A stretch of 64,000 bases of DNA from Minisyncoccota bacterium (GCA_036405415.1 DASWXP010000002.1:48097-112096); one strand, 5' to 3'; counted from the first letter of the stretch, positions 17,808 through 27,654 are shown. The notes: a model not told the origin generated them from the sequence alone. Translations and numbers: made by a program.

Positions 17808-19049
17808 ATGCGGCAATCCCAGCTTTTTACGAGAACCAGGCGCGAGGCTCCTAAGGACGAGGAAGCCAAGAACGCGCAGCTCCTCATCCGCGCCGGCTTC
17901 GTGCATAAGGAGCTTGCCGGCGTCTACACGTACCTGCCGCTCGGCCTCAAGACCCTTACCAACATCAACCGCATCATCCGCGAAGAGATGAACGCGATCG
18001 GCGGGCAGGAGATCGTGATGACGGCGCTCCAGGACAAGCAGGTCTGGGAGAAGACCGACCGCTGGGACGACGCGAAGGTCGACAACTGGTTCAAGACCGA
18101 ATTCAAATCAGGAGGCGAGACCGGCCTCGGCATCACGCACGAGGAGCCGATCACGCGGATGATGTCCGAGCATATCGCCTCGTACCGCGACCTCCCGGTA
18201 TACGCGTACCAGTTCCAGACGAAGTTCCGGAACGAGCTGCGCGCGAAGTCAGGCATCATGCGCGGCAAGGAATTCCTCATGAAGGACCTCTATTCGTTCT
18301 CGAAGGACGAGGAGGAGCATCAGGCATTCTTCGCGAAAGCGCGCGAAGCATACCTGAAGGTCTTCCAGCGCTGCGGCATCGGAGCAGAGACATACGTCAC
18401 GTTCGCGTCCGGCGGCATCTTCAGCGCGTTCTCGGAGGAGTTCCAGACGCTGTCGGACGCGGGAGAAGACACTATCTATGTAGATGAGGAGAAGCGGCTC
18501 GCCGTTAACAAGGAAGTCATGACGGACGAGAACCTCGCGACGCTCGGCCTCTCGCGCGAGAAGCTCGTAGAGAAGAAGGCCATCGAAGCCGGGAACATCT
18601 TCAGTCTCGGCACCCGGTTCTCCGAGCCGCTCGGCCTCACGTTCATGGATGAGAAGGGAGAGAACAAGCCGGTGGTGATGGGCAGCTACGGCATCGGGCC
18701 GACTCGCCTCATGGGCATCATCGCGGAGGCGCTCTCGGACGAGAAGGGCCTCGTATGGCCGGAAGAGGTCGCGCCGTTCACGTATCACCTCGTCTCGCTC
18801 GCAGGAAGCGACGGGGATCTCCAGAAGATCGCGGACGAGCTCTACGCCGACCTGGTGTCTGAGGGCAAGACCGTGCTCTACGACGATCGCGACGCGCGCG
18901 CAGGAGAGAAGTTCGCGGACGCGGACCTCATCGGCCTCCCGCACCGCATCGTGGTAGGGAAGGAGGCGCTCGCAAGCGGCAAGCTCGAGGTGGTGAATCG
19001 CAGGACCGGAGAGGTATCGATGGTCCTCAAGGAGGAACTCTTTAAATAG
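17808..19049 (+). CDS. proS: prolyl-tRNA synthetase (bacterial type lacking the INS editing domain)
   Basis: MRQSQLFTRTRREAP...AGFVHKELAGVYTYLPLG, class II motifs and a C-terminal anticodon-binding domain. Only about 414 aa. Confidence 0.9.
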   Translation: MRQSQLFTRTRREAPKDEEAKNAQLLIRAGFVHKELAGVYTYLPLGLKTLTNINRIIREEMNAIGGQEIVMTALQDKQVWEKTDRWDDAKVDNWFKTEFKSGGETGLGITHEEPITRMMSEHIASYRDLPVYAYQFQTKFRNELRAKSGIMRGKEFLMKDLYSFSKDEEEHQAFFAKAREAYLKVFQRCGIGAETYVTFASGGIFSAFSEEFQTLSDAGEDTIYVDEEKRLAVNKEVMTDENLATLGLSREKLVEKKAIEAGNIFSLGTRFSEPLGLTFMDEKGENKPVVMGSYGIGPTRLMGIIAEALSDEKGLVWPEEVAPFTYHLVSLAGSDGDLQKIADELYADLVSEGKTVLYDDRDARAGEKFADADLIGLPHRIVVGKEALASGKLEVVNRRTGEVSMVLKEELFK

Positions 19050-19051
19050 GT

Positions 19052-20113
19052 ATGGCAAAGAAGCAGCGATTCTCGAGGAACTCTCTCTTCTCGACCGATA
19101 TCGGTATCGACCTCGGTACCGGCAACACGCTCGTATACGTGCGTGGGCGGGGCATCGTGATCGCGGAGCCGTCGGTCGCGACCGTGAACGAGAAGACCGG
19201 ACAGCTGGTCGCGGTCGGAAAGGAAGCCAAGGCGATGCTCGGGAAGACGCCGCCGCATATCCGCGCGGTCCGTCCTCTCTCGCACGGCGTGATCTCTGAT
19301 TTTGAGGTTACGGAAGAGCTGCTCGCGTATTTCATAAACAAGGCGCAAGGCGGCCGCTCGCGCCTTTTCGGTCCGCGTGTGGTAGTGGGCGTGCCGACCG
19401 GCGTCACGAACGTTGAGAGTAGAGCGGTGCGCGACGCGGCGATGACGGCTGGCGCGCGCGAAGTATTCATACTCGAAGAGCCTATGGCCGGGGCTATCGG
19501 CGCGAAGCTCCCGGTCATGGAGGCGGTCGGCACCATGGTGCTCGATATCGGCGCCGGCACCACCGACATCGCGGTGATCGCGCTCGGTGGCTCGGTCGCC
19601 GGGAAGAGCTCGCAGGTAGCGGGCGACCGGTTCAACGACAACATCATCGACTACGTGAGGAGCGAGTTCCAGCTCGCCATCGGCGAGAAGACCGCCGAAG
19701 ACACGAAGGTGGCTGTCGGCGCGGTGCTCCCGCTCGCAGAATCGCTCGAGAAGGCGGTGCGCGGCCGCGACCTCGCTACGGGCCTGCCGCGCGAAATCAT
19801 CCTCACGGACTCTCATGTGCGCGAGGCGCTCGCGCCGTCCATGGAAGCCTTGATGGAAGCGATGAAGGAGGTCATCGAGAAGACGCCCCCGGAGCTTCTT
19901 TCGGACGTGCTTGAGCGCGGCGTAACGGTGTTCGGCGGAGGCGCCTTGCTGCGCGGCCTTCCGGAGCTCCTTGCGAAGATGCTCGGCGTGCCGGTGCATG
20001 TCGCGAGCGATCCGCTTACGGCCGTGGTGCGCGGCACGGGCGTGGTAACGGAAGACCCGCGTCCGTGGCAGGACGCATTCATGCATGAGGAAGCGATTCT
20101 CCCGAAGGCATAA
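19052..20113 (+). CDS. mreB: rod shape-determining protein MreB (paralog 2)
   Basis: IGIDLGTGNTLVYV, DIGAGTTD and VFGGGALLRGL. It heads the mreC-mreD-mrdA operon. Confidence 0.85.
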   Translation: MAKKQRFSRNSLFSTDIGIDLGTGNTLVYVRGRGIVIAEPSVATVNEKTGQLVAVGKEAKAMLGKTPPHIRAVRPLSHGVISDFEVTEELLAYFINKAQGGRSRLFGPRVVVGVPTGVTNVESRAVRDAAMTAGAREVFILEEPMAGAIGAKLPVMEAVGTMVLDIGAGTTDIAVIALGGSVAGKSSQVAGDRFNDNIIDYVRSEFQLAIGEKTAEDTKVAVGAVLPLAESLEKAVRGRDLATGLPREIILTDSHVREALAPSMEALMEAMKEVIEKTPPELLSDVLERGVTVFGGGALLRGLPELLAKMLGVPVHVASDPLTAVVRGTGVVTEDPRPWQDAFMHEEAILPKA

Positions 20114-20873
20114 TTCCATAGTAGGCGCGTACCCGTGGCTCGGGCCAGCGGCGCTCGCGCTGCTCGCACTTGTGCTGGTATTTGGCATGCTCCGGATATT
20201 GCTTCCAGGCGCGCTCGTGGCGCTAGCATCCCCGTTCTGGGCTACGGGGTCCGCGCTCTCAGCAGGCGTCGGGAACGCGAGCGGACTCTTCGCGGATAAG
20301 CCGTCCTTGCTTGAAGAGCGGGACCGTCTCCTGTCTGAGAACGCGGCTCTCTACGCGAAGAGCGCGACGCTCGAAGCACAGGTAGCGGACCTTGAGCGGC
20401 TTTTGGGAGACCGCACCGAAGCGGGAAGCGGCGTGCTCGCGGGCGTGCTCGCGCGCCCTCCGGTATCCCCGTACGACACGCTGATCGTGGATCAGGGCGA
20501 GCGCGCAGGCGTTTCAGTCGGAATGCGCGCAGAAGGACCGGGCGGCATGCCGCTCGGCACGGTTGAGAGCGTGTCAGGCGGGTCAGCACGCATCGTCCTC
20601 TACTCGGCTCCCGGCAAGGAGACTGAGAGCTGGATCGGGGAAGCGCGCATCCCGGTTACTGTACTAGGCGAAAGCGCAGGAGCGATGAGCGCGGTCGTGG
20701 CGCGCGAAGCAGGCATCGTCCCGGGAGACCTCGTCTACGTCGCAGGTTCCGGCGCGCGTCCGGTCGGGACGGTCGTCTCGGTCGCGAACGACCCCTCGCT
20801 GCCGCGCTCGCGCGTCGATATCCGCCCGCTTGCCAATCCCTTTTCGATCACATGGGTGACCCTCGTGCCGTAA
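20085..20873 (+). CDS. mreC: rod shape-determining protein MreC
   Basis: N-terminal TM, a coiled coil (LEAQVADLERLL), then SPYDTLIVDQG...IPVTVLGE beta domain. Confidence 0.75.
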   Translation: MRKRFSRRHNSIVGAYPWLGPAALALLALVLVFGMLRILLPGALVALASPFWATGSALSAGVGNASGLFADKPSLLEERDRLLSENAALYAKSATLEAQVADLERLLGDRTEAGSGVLAGVLARPPVSPYDTLIVDQGERAGVSVGMRAEGPGGMPLGTVESVSGGSARIVLYSAPGKETESWIGEARIPVTVLGESAGAMSAVVAREAGIVPGDLVYVAGSGARPVGTVVSVANDPSLPRSRVDIRPLANPFSITWVTLVP

Positions 20874-21124
20874 TGCGTGTCATGTCCATCATCCTCGCGC
20901 TTATCGCGCTCTTCATATTCCCGTGGCAGGTAGCGCTCATTGCTGTTTTTGGCGCCTCTCTCCTTACGCCGCTCTCGGGTATCGCGCTCGGCATCGTCGC
21001 TGACCTGGTGTACTTCGTTCCAGGAGCGGCATTCGTACCGTATTTCTCGCTCTTCGGACTTATCGCTACGGCAATCGGCTTTCTCGTGCAGCGTTTCGTG
21101 AAGACGCGTATCATAGGGGAATGA
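20873..21124 (+). CDS. mreD: MreD-like small membrane protein
   Basis: Two or three TM segments. The start overlaps the mreC stop (TAATG) and the stop overlaps the mrdA start. Confidence 0.5.
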   Translation: MRVMSIILALIALFIFPWQVALIAVFGASLLTPLSGIALGIVADLVYFVPGAAFVPYFSLFGLIATAIGFLVQRFVKTRIIGE

Positions 21125-22794
21125 TCTTCGGGCGATTCAGGAGACCTAGGCGCGGGCTTGAGCTCAACCCTGACGACATATTCCTCGACGCGTCGAACCT
21201 CTCAGGGTTCGACCAGAGCAGGCTTGAAGGACGTCTTGAGCGCCCGGTAGCGGAGCGCACCTTCGCGACGATCGGACTCGTCGTGGGCCTTCTCTTCATC
21301 GCCCTCATGGCGCAGGCAGCGAACCTGCAGATCATTAAGGGGAAGGAATACGCAGAGCGCTCTGAGCGCAACCGCCTGCGTCCTGAAGTGCTGTTCGCAG
21401 AGCGCGGTGCCATAGTCGACCGCAACGGCACTCCGCTCGTATATAACGAGCAGGGCGAGGACGGGTTCGTCCGGCGCGTATACGAATACCCGGGATTCTC
21501 GCATCTCCTCGGGTACGTGTCGTATCCGAAGAAGGATTCTTCCGGCAATTTCTACGAGACGGAGATAAAGGGACTGAACGGCGTGGAAGAAGCGATGGAT
21601 ACGGTCCTGGCAGGAGAGAACGGCACGTTGCTCGTCGAGGAGGACGCGCATGGCGATTTGCAGTCTTCCGGGACCGTGAAGCCTTCGCGCAAGGGCGAGA
21701 CGGTAACGCTCGCGATCGACGCGCGAGCGCAGCGCGCGTTCGCGAACGCAGTATCGGAACTCGCCGACCGCATCCCGTTCATGGGAGGCTCGGCGATCCT
21801 CATGGACGTGAACACCGGAGAGGTGCATGCGCTCGTGTCCTATCCCGAGTACGATCCGAACGTGCTTTCTTCGGGAGGGCCTTCGGACGTGATCGCGTCG
21901 TACCAGACGAACTCGCGCCGCGTCTATCTTGATCGTGCGGTGTCGGGTCTCTACACGCCAGGCTCCATCATAAAGCCGATGGAAGCGGCAGGAGCGATCT
22001 CGGACGGCGTAGTCTCGCCGTCCTGGGGCATCGTCTCGACCGGCTCCATCTCGATCCCGAACCCGTACGATCCGTCCCGACCATCGATCTTCAAGGACTG
22101 GAAGGCGCATGGGTATGTCGATGCGCGTCGCGCTATCGCCGTGTCTTCGGACGTGTACTTCTACGCGGTCGGCGGCGGGTACGGCGACGTGAAAGGGCTC
22201 GGCATAGAGCGTCTCAAGTACTGGTATGACGCGTTCGGCTTCACGAGTCCTACTGGCATAGAGCTTTCAGGCGAAGCGTCCGGCTTCGTGCCGACGCCTG
22301 CATGGAAGCAAGAGAAGTTCGGGGACCCTTGGCGTCTCGGCGACACGTACAACACGTCGATTGGACAGTACGCGATGCAGGTGACACCGCTCGAGGCCGC
22401 ACGGGCCGTTGCCGCGATTGCGAACGGCGGCATGCTGGTGAAGCCAACCCTTATCAAAGATGCGCCCTTGCAGGGACAGACCATCCAGATTAGCAAAGAT
22501 GCGATACGGGTCGCGCAGGAGGGCATGCGCATGGGAACAACCGAAGGAACTTCCATCGGACTGAATGCGCTCCCGTTCGTGAAGGTTGCCGGCAAGACCG
22601 GTACGGCGCAGCTCGGGGTTAACAACGAGTTCTATAACTCGTGGTCCGTAGGGTACTTCCCGTACGACAAGCCGAAATACGTGTGGGTGGTAGTGATGGA
22701 GCGCGGTCCGTCTACGAACGCTATCGGCGGCATCTTCGCTACCTATCAGGCGCTCTCGGAACTGCACCGCACCGCGCCTGAGTATTTCGAATAG
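21121..22794 (+). CDS. mrdA: penicillin-binding protein 2 (elongasome transpeptidase)
   Basis: N-terminal TM and dimerisation domain. SIIKP (SxxK) and KTGTAQ motifs. Confidence 0.85.
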   Translation: MIFGRFRRPRRGLELNPDDIFLDASNLSGFDQSRLEGRLERPVAERTFATIGLVVGLLFIALMAQAANLQIIKGKEYAERSERNRLRPEVLFAERGAIVDRNGTPLVYNEQGEDGFVRRVYEYPGFSHLLGYVSYPKKDSSGNFYETEIKGLNGVEEAMDTVLAGENGTLLVEEDAHGDLQSSGTVKPSRKGETVTLAIDARAQRAFANAVSELADRIPFMGGSAILMDVNTGEVHALVSYPEYDPNVLSSGGPSDVIASYQTNSRRVYLDRAVSGLYTPGSIIKPMEAAGAISDGVVSPSWGIVSTGSISIPNPYDPSRPSIFKDWKAHGYVDARRAIAVSSDVYFYAVGGGYGDVKGLGIERLKYWYDAFGFTSPTGIELSGEASGFVPTPAWKQEKFGDPWRLGDTYNTSIGQYAMQVTPLEAARAVAAIANGGMLVKPTLIKDAPLQGQTIQISKDAIRVAQEGMRMGTTEGTSIGLNALPFVKVAGKTGTAQLGVNNEFYNSWSVGYFPYDKPKYVWVVVMERGPSTNAIGGIFATYQALSELHRTAPEYFE

Positions 22795-22863
22795 ATTGAC
22801 GCCCGGTAGGGGTCCCGTACAATACCCCTAACCAACAGCGTTCATATTTCATTCATTACACCC

Positions 22864-23334
22864 ATGACCGAGCAGGAGACTGTCGTAAGCCAGGAAAAGT
22901 TCGACGAGATGATCAAGGAGCTCGAGCACCTCAAGACCGTCCGTCGTACCGAGATCGCGGAGAACCTCGAGTACGCTCGCTCGCTCGGGGACCTTTCTGA
23001 GAACGCTGAATACCAGGAGGCACGTGAGCTTCAGGCCGCTACCGAAGAGCGCATCAGGAAGCTCGAGGAGCTCGTGAAGCGCGCGAAGATCGTGACTGAC
23101 GGCAAGAAGAAGGACGTCGTAGGATTCGGCTCCACCGTCACCATCAAGAAGGACGGGGCAGGCGAGGCGCATGAGTACACTATCGTCGGCTCGGAAGAGG
23201 CGGACATGCGCGTACACAAGCTCTCGCATGTCTCTCCGCTTGGCGCGGCGCTCATGGGCAAGAAGAAGGGGGACGTCTTCACCTTCGAGACGCCTAACGG
23301 GAAGCAGACCTACACCGTAGAGAAGGTTGCATAG
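22864..23334 (+). CDS. greA: transcription elongation factor GreA
   Basis: An N-terminal coiled coil carries the conserved acidic residues (SENAEYQEA). C-terminal FKBP-like domain. Confidence 0.9.
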   Translation: MTEQETVVSQEKFDEMIKELEHLKTVRRTEIAENLEYARSLGDLSENAEYQEARELQAATEERIRKLEELVKRAKIVTDGKKKDVVGFGSTVTIKKDGAGEAHEYTIVGSEEADMRVHKLSHVSPLGAALMGKKKGDVFTFETPNGKQTYTVEKVA

Positions 23335-23336
23335 CT

Positions 23337-23364
23337 GAAAGGCGGCCCGAGGGCCGCCTTTTGC
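23337..23364 (+). terminator. Rho-independent terminator after greA
   Basis: ggcggccc ga gggccgcc followed by ttttg. Confidence 0.75.
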
Positions 23365-23376
23365 GTTTGCTGCATT

Positions 23377-23877
23377 CTACAGCGCCGTGCCGGGACTGTA
23401 CCCGCACGATCCGACGAAGTGGCCCCGGTCTCGGTGATGTCGTGCCGCGTTGCGAGCGGCCCTCCACTGTCCGTTGCTCGTTCTCCGGGGAACCTTAAGC
23501 GCACCCTTCAGGGAATCAGTGAAGCGCGCAAGCGGCTTCCCGGAATAGACCCCTGAATCGCTGCGTGCCCGCTTCACCAGAACCAGACGCGGATGATGCG
23601 CGAGCCCAGGATCGATCTCGACGCCGCGCTGGGCGAGGTCTTGTTCGCGCGCTCCTGCTTCGCTGCGCAGGGTACAGGCAAAGTTGCCCTTGATAGGGGT
23701 GTCTCTCGAACAGGAGACGAGCACGATCGCGTCGTGGGGCACAGGATTCCCGTGCTCCACGAAGCGCGGCTCCCACCGAGCGCTCGAGAATGAACGGATG
23801 GTTGCGCTGAGCTGACTCAGCACGGCACCCTCCATGCCGACCAGGACGATGGGTTGGATACGAGCCAATGTATGCAC
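23377..23877 (-). CDS. doubtful hypothetical ORF
   Basis: The N-terminal half looks protein-like and the C-terminal half is Arg-rich. A plus-strand terminator lies downstream in the same intergenic space. Possibly not coding. Confidence 0.25.
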   Translation of the reverse strand: MHTLARIQPIVLVGMEGAVLSQLSATIRSFSSARWEPRFVEHGNPVPHDAIVLVSCSRDTPIKGNFACTLRSEAGAREQDLAQRGVEIDPGLAHHPRLVLVKRARSDSGVYSGKPLARFTDSLKGALKVPRRTSNGQWRAARNAARHHRDRGHFVGSCGYSPGTAL

Positions 23878-23947
23878 GGGTTGCTTCCTCTTGCTTTGGG
23901 AACTAGGCGGTTCCCGGTTGAAAGATCTGTACTTCGCTTGCCTGTAA

Positions 23948-24010
23948 CGAAGGAGCCCCCGTCCGTTTCCGGTCGGGGGCTCGTTTCAAGTTTCTTCGTT
24001 TACTTTTTCG
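23948..24010 (+). terminator. strong hairpin with a T-rich tail on the plus strand, no obvious upstream plus-strand CDS
   Basis: gagcccccgtccg tttc cggtcgggggctc, then gtttcaagtttcttcgtttactttttcg. Confidence 0.4.
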
Positions 24011-24171
24011 TAGAAACCTCAAGCGAAACCCCGACCGGACGAATGAGTCCGACGTAGACGAGGGCGGTAAAGACGAAGTTGCAGATCGCTTGATTCATTG
24101 CCGTATGAGCATAGCTTGAATCCGCGATTGCTCCAAATGCCGGTTATACACAACTTCCTGTACGGAACGTG

Positions 24172-24230
24172 AAGGGAAGTGGGGCGTAGTGTCATATAAT
24201 TGTGTATACGTGGGATGAAGTGGGAACAGG
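24172..24230 (+). promoter_or_regulatory. mraZ promoter (-10 TATAAT at 24195-24200) with TGGGG/TGGGA direct repeats (candidate MraZ operator)
   Basis: The repeats are GTGGGG at 24179, then GTGGGA at 24210 and 24220 (10-bp phasing). They lie just downstream of the -10, about 30-45 nt before the mraZ ATG. Confidence 0.5.
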
Positions 24231-24257
24231 TTCCCTTCATCCTCCGCCGAAACTTCC

Positions 24258-24692
24258 ATGCTCATCGGAGAATACCGCCACACCCTCGACGCGAAGAACC
24301 GGCTTTCCTTGCCGGCGAAGTTCCGTAAGGAGCTCGGCGCATCGGTCATCGTGACGCGCGGCCTCGATCACTGCCTCTTCGTATACCCGAAGGCGGCCTG
24401 GAAGAAGGAAGCGCAGAAGTTCTCGGCGCACTCCTCAGGCACCGCAGCGGGCCGTGCGTTCGCGCGCCTCATGCTTGCAGGCGCTTCCGAAGCGGACGTC
24501 GACAGCGCCGGCCGCATCCTCGTGCCTGATTACCTGAAGTCCTACGCTACCCTCTCGGGGAAGTGCGTGGTTGCCGGCGTCTCGGACCGTGTCGAGCTCT
24601 GGGACGAAGCGGCATGGGAGAGCTACACCAAGGATATCGAGCGGGATGCGGACTCGTTCGCTGAAGCTCTCGGCGCTAAGGCGCTCCAATAG
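24258..24692 (+). CDS. mraZ: transcriptional regulator MraZ
   Basis: MLIGEYRHTLDAKNRLSLPAKFR, and the second half repeats ...GRILVP.. Confidence 0.9.
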   Translation: MLIGEYRHTLDAKNRLSLPAKFRKELGASVIVTRGLDHCLFVYPKAAWKKEAQKFSAHSSGTAAGRAFARLMLAGASEADVDSAGRILVPDYLKSYATLSGKCVVAGVSDRVELWDEAAWESYTKDIERDADSFAEALGAKALQ

Positions 24693-24695
24693 CAT

Positions 24696-25646
24696 ATGGA
24701 AGGCCGTCACGACACCGTTCTCCTCGAAGAAGCCGTCGATGTGCTCGACGTACAGGCAACGGACGCTGTCGTGGATGCGACCTTGGGCGGCGCAGGGCAT
24801 TTCGCGCTCCTTCTCGGGAAGCTCGGGAAGAACGGCGCGCTCATGGGAATCGATGCCGATGAGGACGCTATCGCGCGCGCAAACAAGGTAGTTGCTGAAG
24901 TCTCAGAAGCGGATCGACCTAAGGTATCCCTCATGCACGGGAACTTCCGCGAGCTTGCGACCATGCTCGACGAAGCAGGCATGACGCCGGACAAGGTACT
25001 CTTTGACCTCGGATGGAGCGGCTTCCACCTCACGCGCGGCCGCGGCTTCTCCTTCAAGGCGGATGAGCCGCTTCACATGACCTACGGGGACCCGGCTCAG
25101 GGCACTACCGCCGCAGATCTCGTGAACCATCTTTCCGAGGCGTCGCTCGCGGACATGCTGTGGTCCTTGGGCGAGGAGCGCTTCGCGCGCTCGATCGCGC
25201 GCTCGATCGTCGCAGCCCGTGAGAACAGGCCGCTTGAGACGACGAGCGACCTCGTAGCGGCTATCGAGCAGGGCGTCCCGTCCTGGTACCGGCATCGCCG
25301 CATCCATCCGGCAACGAAGACCTTCCAGGCGCTGCGCATCGCGGTTAACGACGAGCTCGGCGCGCTGCGCGAGGGCCTTGCGGCAGCCCTCGAGCGCGTC
25401 CCTGCCGGCGGACGCATTGCGGTCATAACCTTCCACAGCATCGAAGACAGGATCGTAAAGACCCTGTTCCGCGAGGCGGTGGAAGCCGGGAAGGGAAGCC
25501 TGCTTACGAGAAAGCCCTTAGCCCCGTCGGTCCAAGAGACCGTACGGAATCCGCGAGCCAGATCCGCGAAGCTCCGCACGTTCGTCTCGGGCCCTCAAGA
25601 AATTAAGAAACGCATCAATCTAACCTCGTTCCCCGCTTATGCCTAG
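24696..25646 (+). CDS. rsmH: 16S rRNA (cytosine1402-N4)-methyltransferase RsmH
   Basis: VDATLGGAGH, FDLGWSG and ITFHSIEDRIVK. Confidence 0.9.
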   Translation: MEGRHDTVLLEEAVDVLDVQATDAVVDATLGGAGHFALLLGKLGKNGALMGIDADEDAIARANKVVAEVSEADRPKVSLMHGNFRELATMLDEAGMTPDKVLFDLGWSGFHLTRGRGFSFKADEPLHMTYGDPAQGTTAADLVNHLSEASLADMLWSLGEERFARSIARSIVAARENRPLETTSDLVAAIEQGVPSWYRHRRIHPATKTFQALRIAVNDELGALREGLAAALERVPAGGRIAVITFHSIEDRIVKTLFREAVEAGKGSLLTRKPLAPSVQETVRNPRARSAKLRTFVSGPQEIKKRINLTSFPAYA

Positions 25647-25917
25647 CAAGACCATCCCGTATCTCGGATACACCGCAGCCGCGCTCGTCGCTGCGTACCT
25701 TATGCTGGTTGCCGTCACGGTCTCCATGGCAGCGTGGAAGACAAGCCTTTCGATCGAGGTGCATGAGACCGAGCAGGACATCGCGCGCCTCGAGGGCCGA
25801 TTCTACGCAATGGTTTCCGACATCGATAGGGCGGACCCGGGAAGCCGAGGACTCGAGAAGCCGAAGAGCGTGACCTACGCGACGACTCAGGCAGCACCGA
25901 CCGTCTCCATCCGCTAG
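25639..25917 (+). CDS. FtsL-like cell-division membrane protein
   Basis: A single TM plus a short coiled coil at the ftsL position between rsmH and ftsI. It overlaps the rsmH stop by 8 nt. Confidence 0.55.
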   Translation: MPSKTIPYLGYTAAALVAAYLMLVAVTVSMAAWKTSLSIEVHETEQDIARLEGRFYAMVSDIDRADPGSRGLEKPKSVTYATTQAAPTVSIR

Positions 25918-25921
25918 CGGT

Positions 25922-27652
25922 ATGCGCAGGGCGATACGGCTCAGACTCCGGCTCCTCACCTTCGGGCTCGCGGCCGTCGCGCTCCTTCTTGTTACGCGTC
26001 TCTATTTCGTGCAGGTAGTGCATGGCGGGGAGTTCGGTTTGCGGGCCGAACGCCAGTACATGTCCGCGAGCCAGGAGCTCTTTGATCGCGGCTCCATCTA
26101 CTTCACCAGGAAGGACGGGAGTATGCTTTCGGCTGCGACCCTGGTTACGGGCTTCACGGTTGCGATGAGCCCGAAGCTGGTCGAAGATCCGGAAGCCGCG
26201 TACGTCGCTATCAATGCTATCTTCCCGATCGAGCGGGAGCCGTTCTTCCAGTCGGTCGCGCGCAAGGAGGACCCGTACGAGGTTGTCGCCAAGCGCGTGC
26301 CGGAAGACGAGGGGCGCGCTATCGAGGCGCTCGGACTCGAGGGAATTTCTGTGTCCCGGGAGCGCTGGCGCGCGTACCCGGGCGAGACCCGCGCCGCGCA
26401 GTCTATCGGGTTCGTCGCGTTCGACGACGACGACACGATCGCGGGACGTTTCGGGCTTGAGCGCTACTACGAGGACGTGCTCTCGCGCGGCTCCACCGGC
26501 GTGTTCGGGAACTTCTTCGCGGAGCTTTTCGCGAACATCGACAACGCGGTCGCGGACGGCCGCGGCGCGCGCGAGGGCGACCTCGTGACCAGTATCGAGC
26601 CGATGGTGCAGGAGAAGCTCGATCAGGTGCTCCTTTCCATAAACGCGCAGTACGGGAGCCGCGAGACCGGCGGCATCATCATGGACCCCAAGACCGGCGC
26701 CATCATCGCGCTCGATACCGCGCCGTCTTTTAACCTGAACGATTTCCAGAATGGGGACTCGACGCACTTCGGGAATCCGCTCGTGGAGCACCGGTACGAG
26801 TTTGGCTCCATCGTGAAGGCGCTTACCATGGCCGCGGGCCTCGATTCGGGTGCTGTAGGGCCTACCTCGACCTACAACGATACGGGCTGTACCACGCTCA
26901 ACAACAAGACGTTCTGCAATTACGACCTCAAGGCGCGCGGCGGCGGGACACCGATGCAGGAAGTGCTCTCGCAGTCCCTTAACATGGGTGCCGCATATAT
27001 AGCGCTCCAGGTAGGGCACGAGCGCTTCCGCGGATACTTCAAGGATCTCGGCATGAACACGGAGACCGGCATCGACCTGCCGAGCGAGATCCGCGGGGAC
27101 CTCGCGAACATCGAGACGAGTCCGCGCGATATCGAGTACGCGACCGCGTCTTACGGACAGGGTATCGCGCAGACGCCTATCGCCATGATCCGGGCGCTTG
27201 GCGCGCTCGCGAATGACGGGCAGATCGTCACGCCGCACCTGGTATCGAAGGTGCGTCTCGAGTCAGGGATCGAGAAGCAGCTTTCCTGGGGCATGCCGGA
27301 GCGCGTGTTCAGCTCGAAGGCAGCGGAAGACACGACGCGCATGCTGGTCGAGGTGGTGGACGCGAAGCTCGCCGGAGGGACCGTCAAGATCCCGGAGATG
27401 AGCGTCGCCGCGAAGACCGGTACCGCGCAGATCGCAGGCCCGGGCGGCAAGTACGCAGAAGGCAAGTACTTCCACTCCTTCTTCGGGTACTTCCCGGCGT
27501 ACGAGCCCCGGTTCATCATCCTGCTGTACACGAGGGAGCCGGGAGGGGTACAGTACGCTTCCGAGACCCTCACGCACCCCTTCATGGAGCTCACACATTT
27601 CCTGATCAATTATTACGAGATCCCGCCTGACCGGGCAGACTATCCTTCGTAA
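25922..27652 (+). CDS. ftsI: penicillin-binding protein (FtsI/PBP3-like transpeptidase)
   Basis: N-terminal TM, SIVK (SxxK), SQSLN (SxN) and KTGTAQ. Confidence 0.85.
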   Translation: MRRAIRLRLRLLTFGLAAVALLLVTRLYFVQVVHGGEFGLRAERQYMSASQELFDRGSIYFTRKDGSMLSAATLVTGFTVAMSPKLVEDPEAAYVAINAIFPIEREPFFQSVARKEDPYEVVAKRVPEDEGRAIEALGLEGISVSRERWRAYPGETRAAQSIGFVAFDDDDTIAGRFGLERYYEDVLSRGSTGVFGNFFAELFANIDNAVADGRGAREGDLVTSIEPMVQEKLDQVLLSINAQYGSRETGGIIMDPKTGAIIALDTAPSFNLNDFQNGDSTHFGNPLVEHRYEFGSIVKALTMAAGLDSGAVGPTSTYNDTGCTTLNNKTFCNYDLKARGGGTPMQEVLSQSLNMGAAYIALQVGHERFRGYFKDLGMNTETGIDLPSEIRGDLANIETSPRDIEYATASYGQGIAQTPIAMIRALGALANDGQIVTPHLVSKVRLESGIEKQLSWGMPERVFSSKAAEDTTRMLVEVVDAKLAGGTVKIPEMSVAAKTGTAQIAGPGGKYAEGKYFHSFFGYFPAYEPRFIILLYTREPGGVQYASETLTHPFMELTHFLINYYEIPPDRADYPS

Positions 27653-27654
27653 TC

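Noticed and set aside
18878-20188. 436-aa and 269-aa minus-strand ORFs antisense to proS and mreB-2
   Set aside because: Same GC artefact: extreme Arg/His/Glu content and no motifs. The sense strand carries proS and mreB.
25715-27238. 507-aa minus-strand ORF antisense to ftsI
   Set aside because: Arg-rich antisense artefact. ftsI on the plus strand carries the SxxK/SxN/KTGT motifs.
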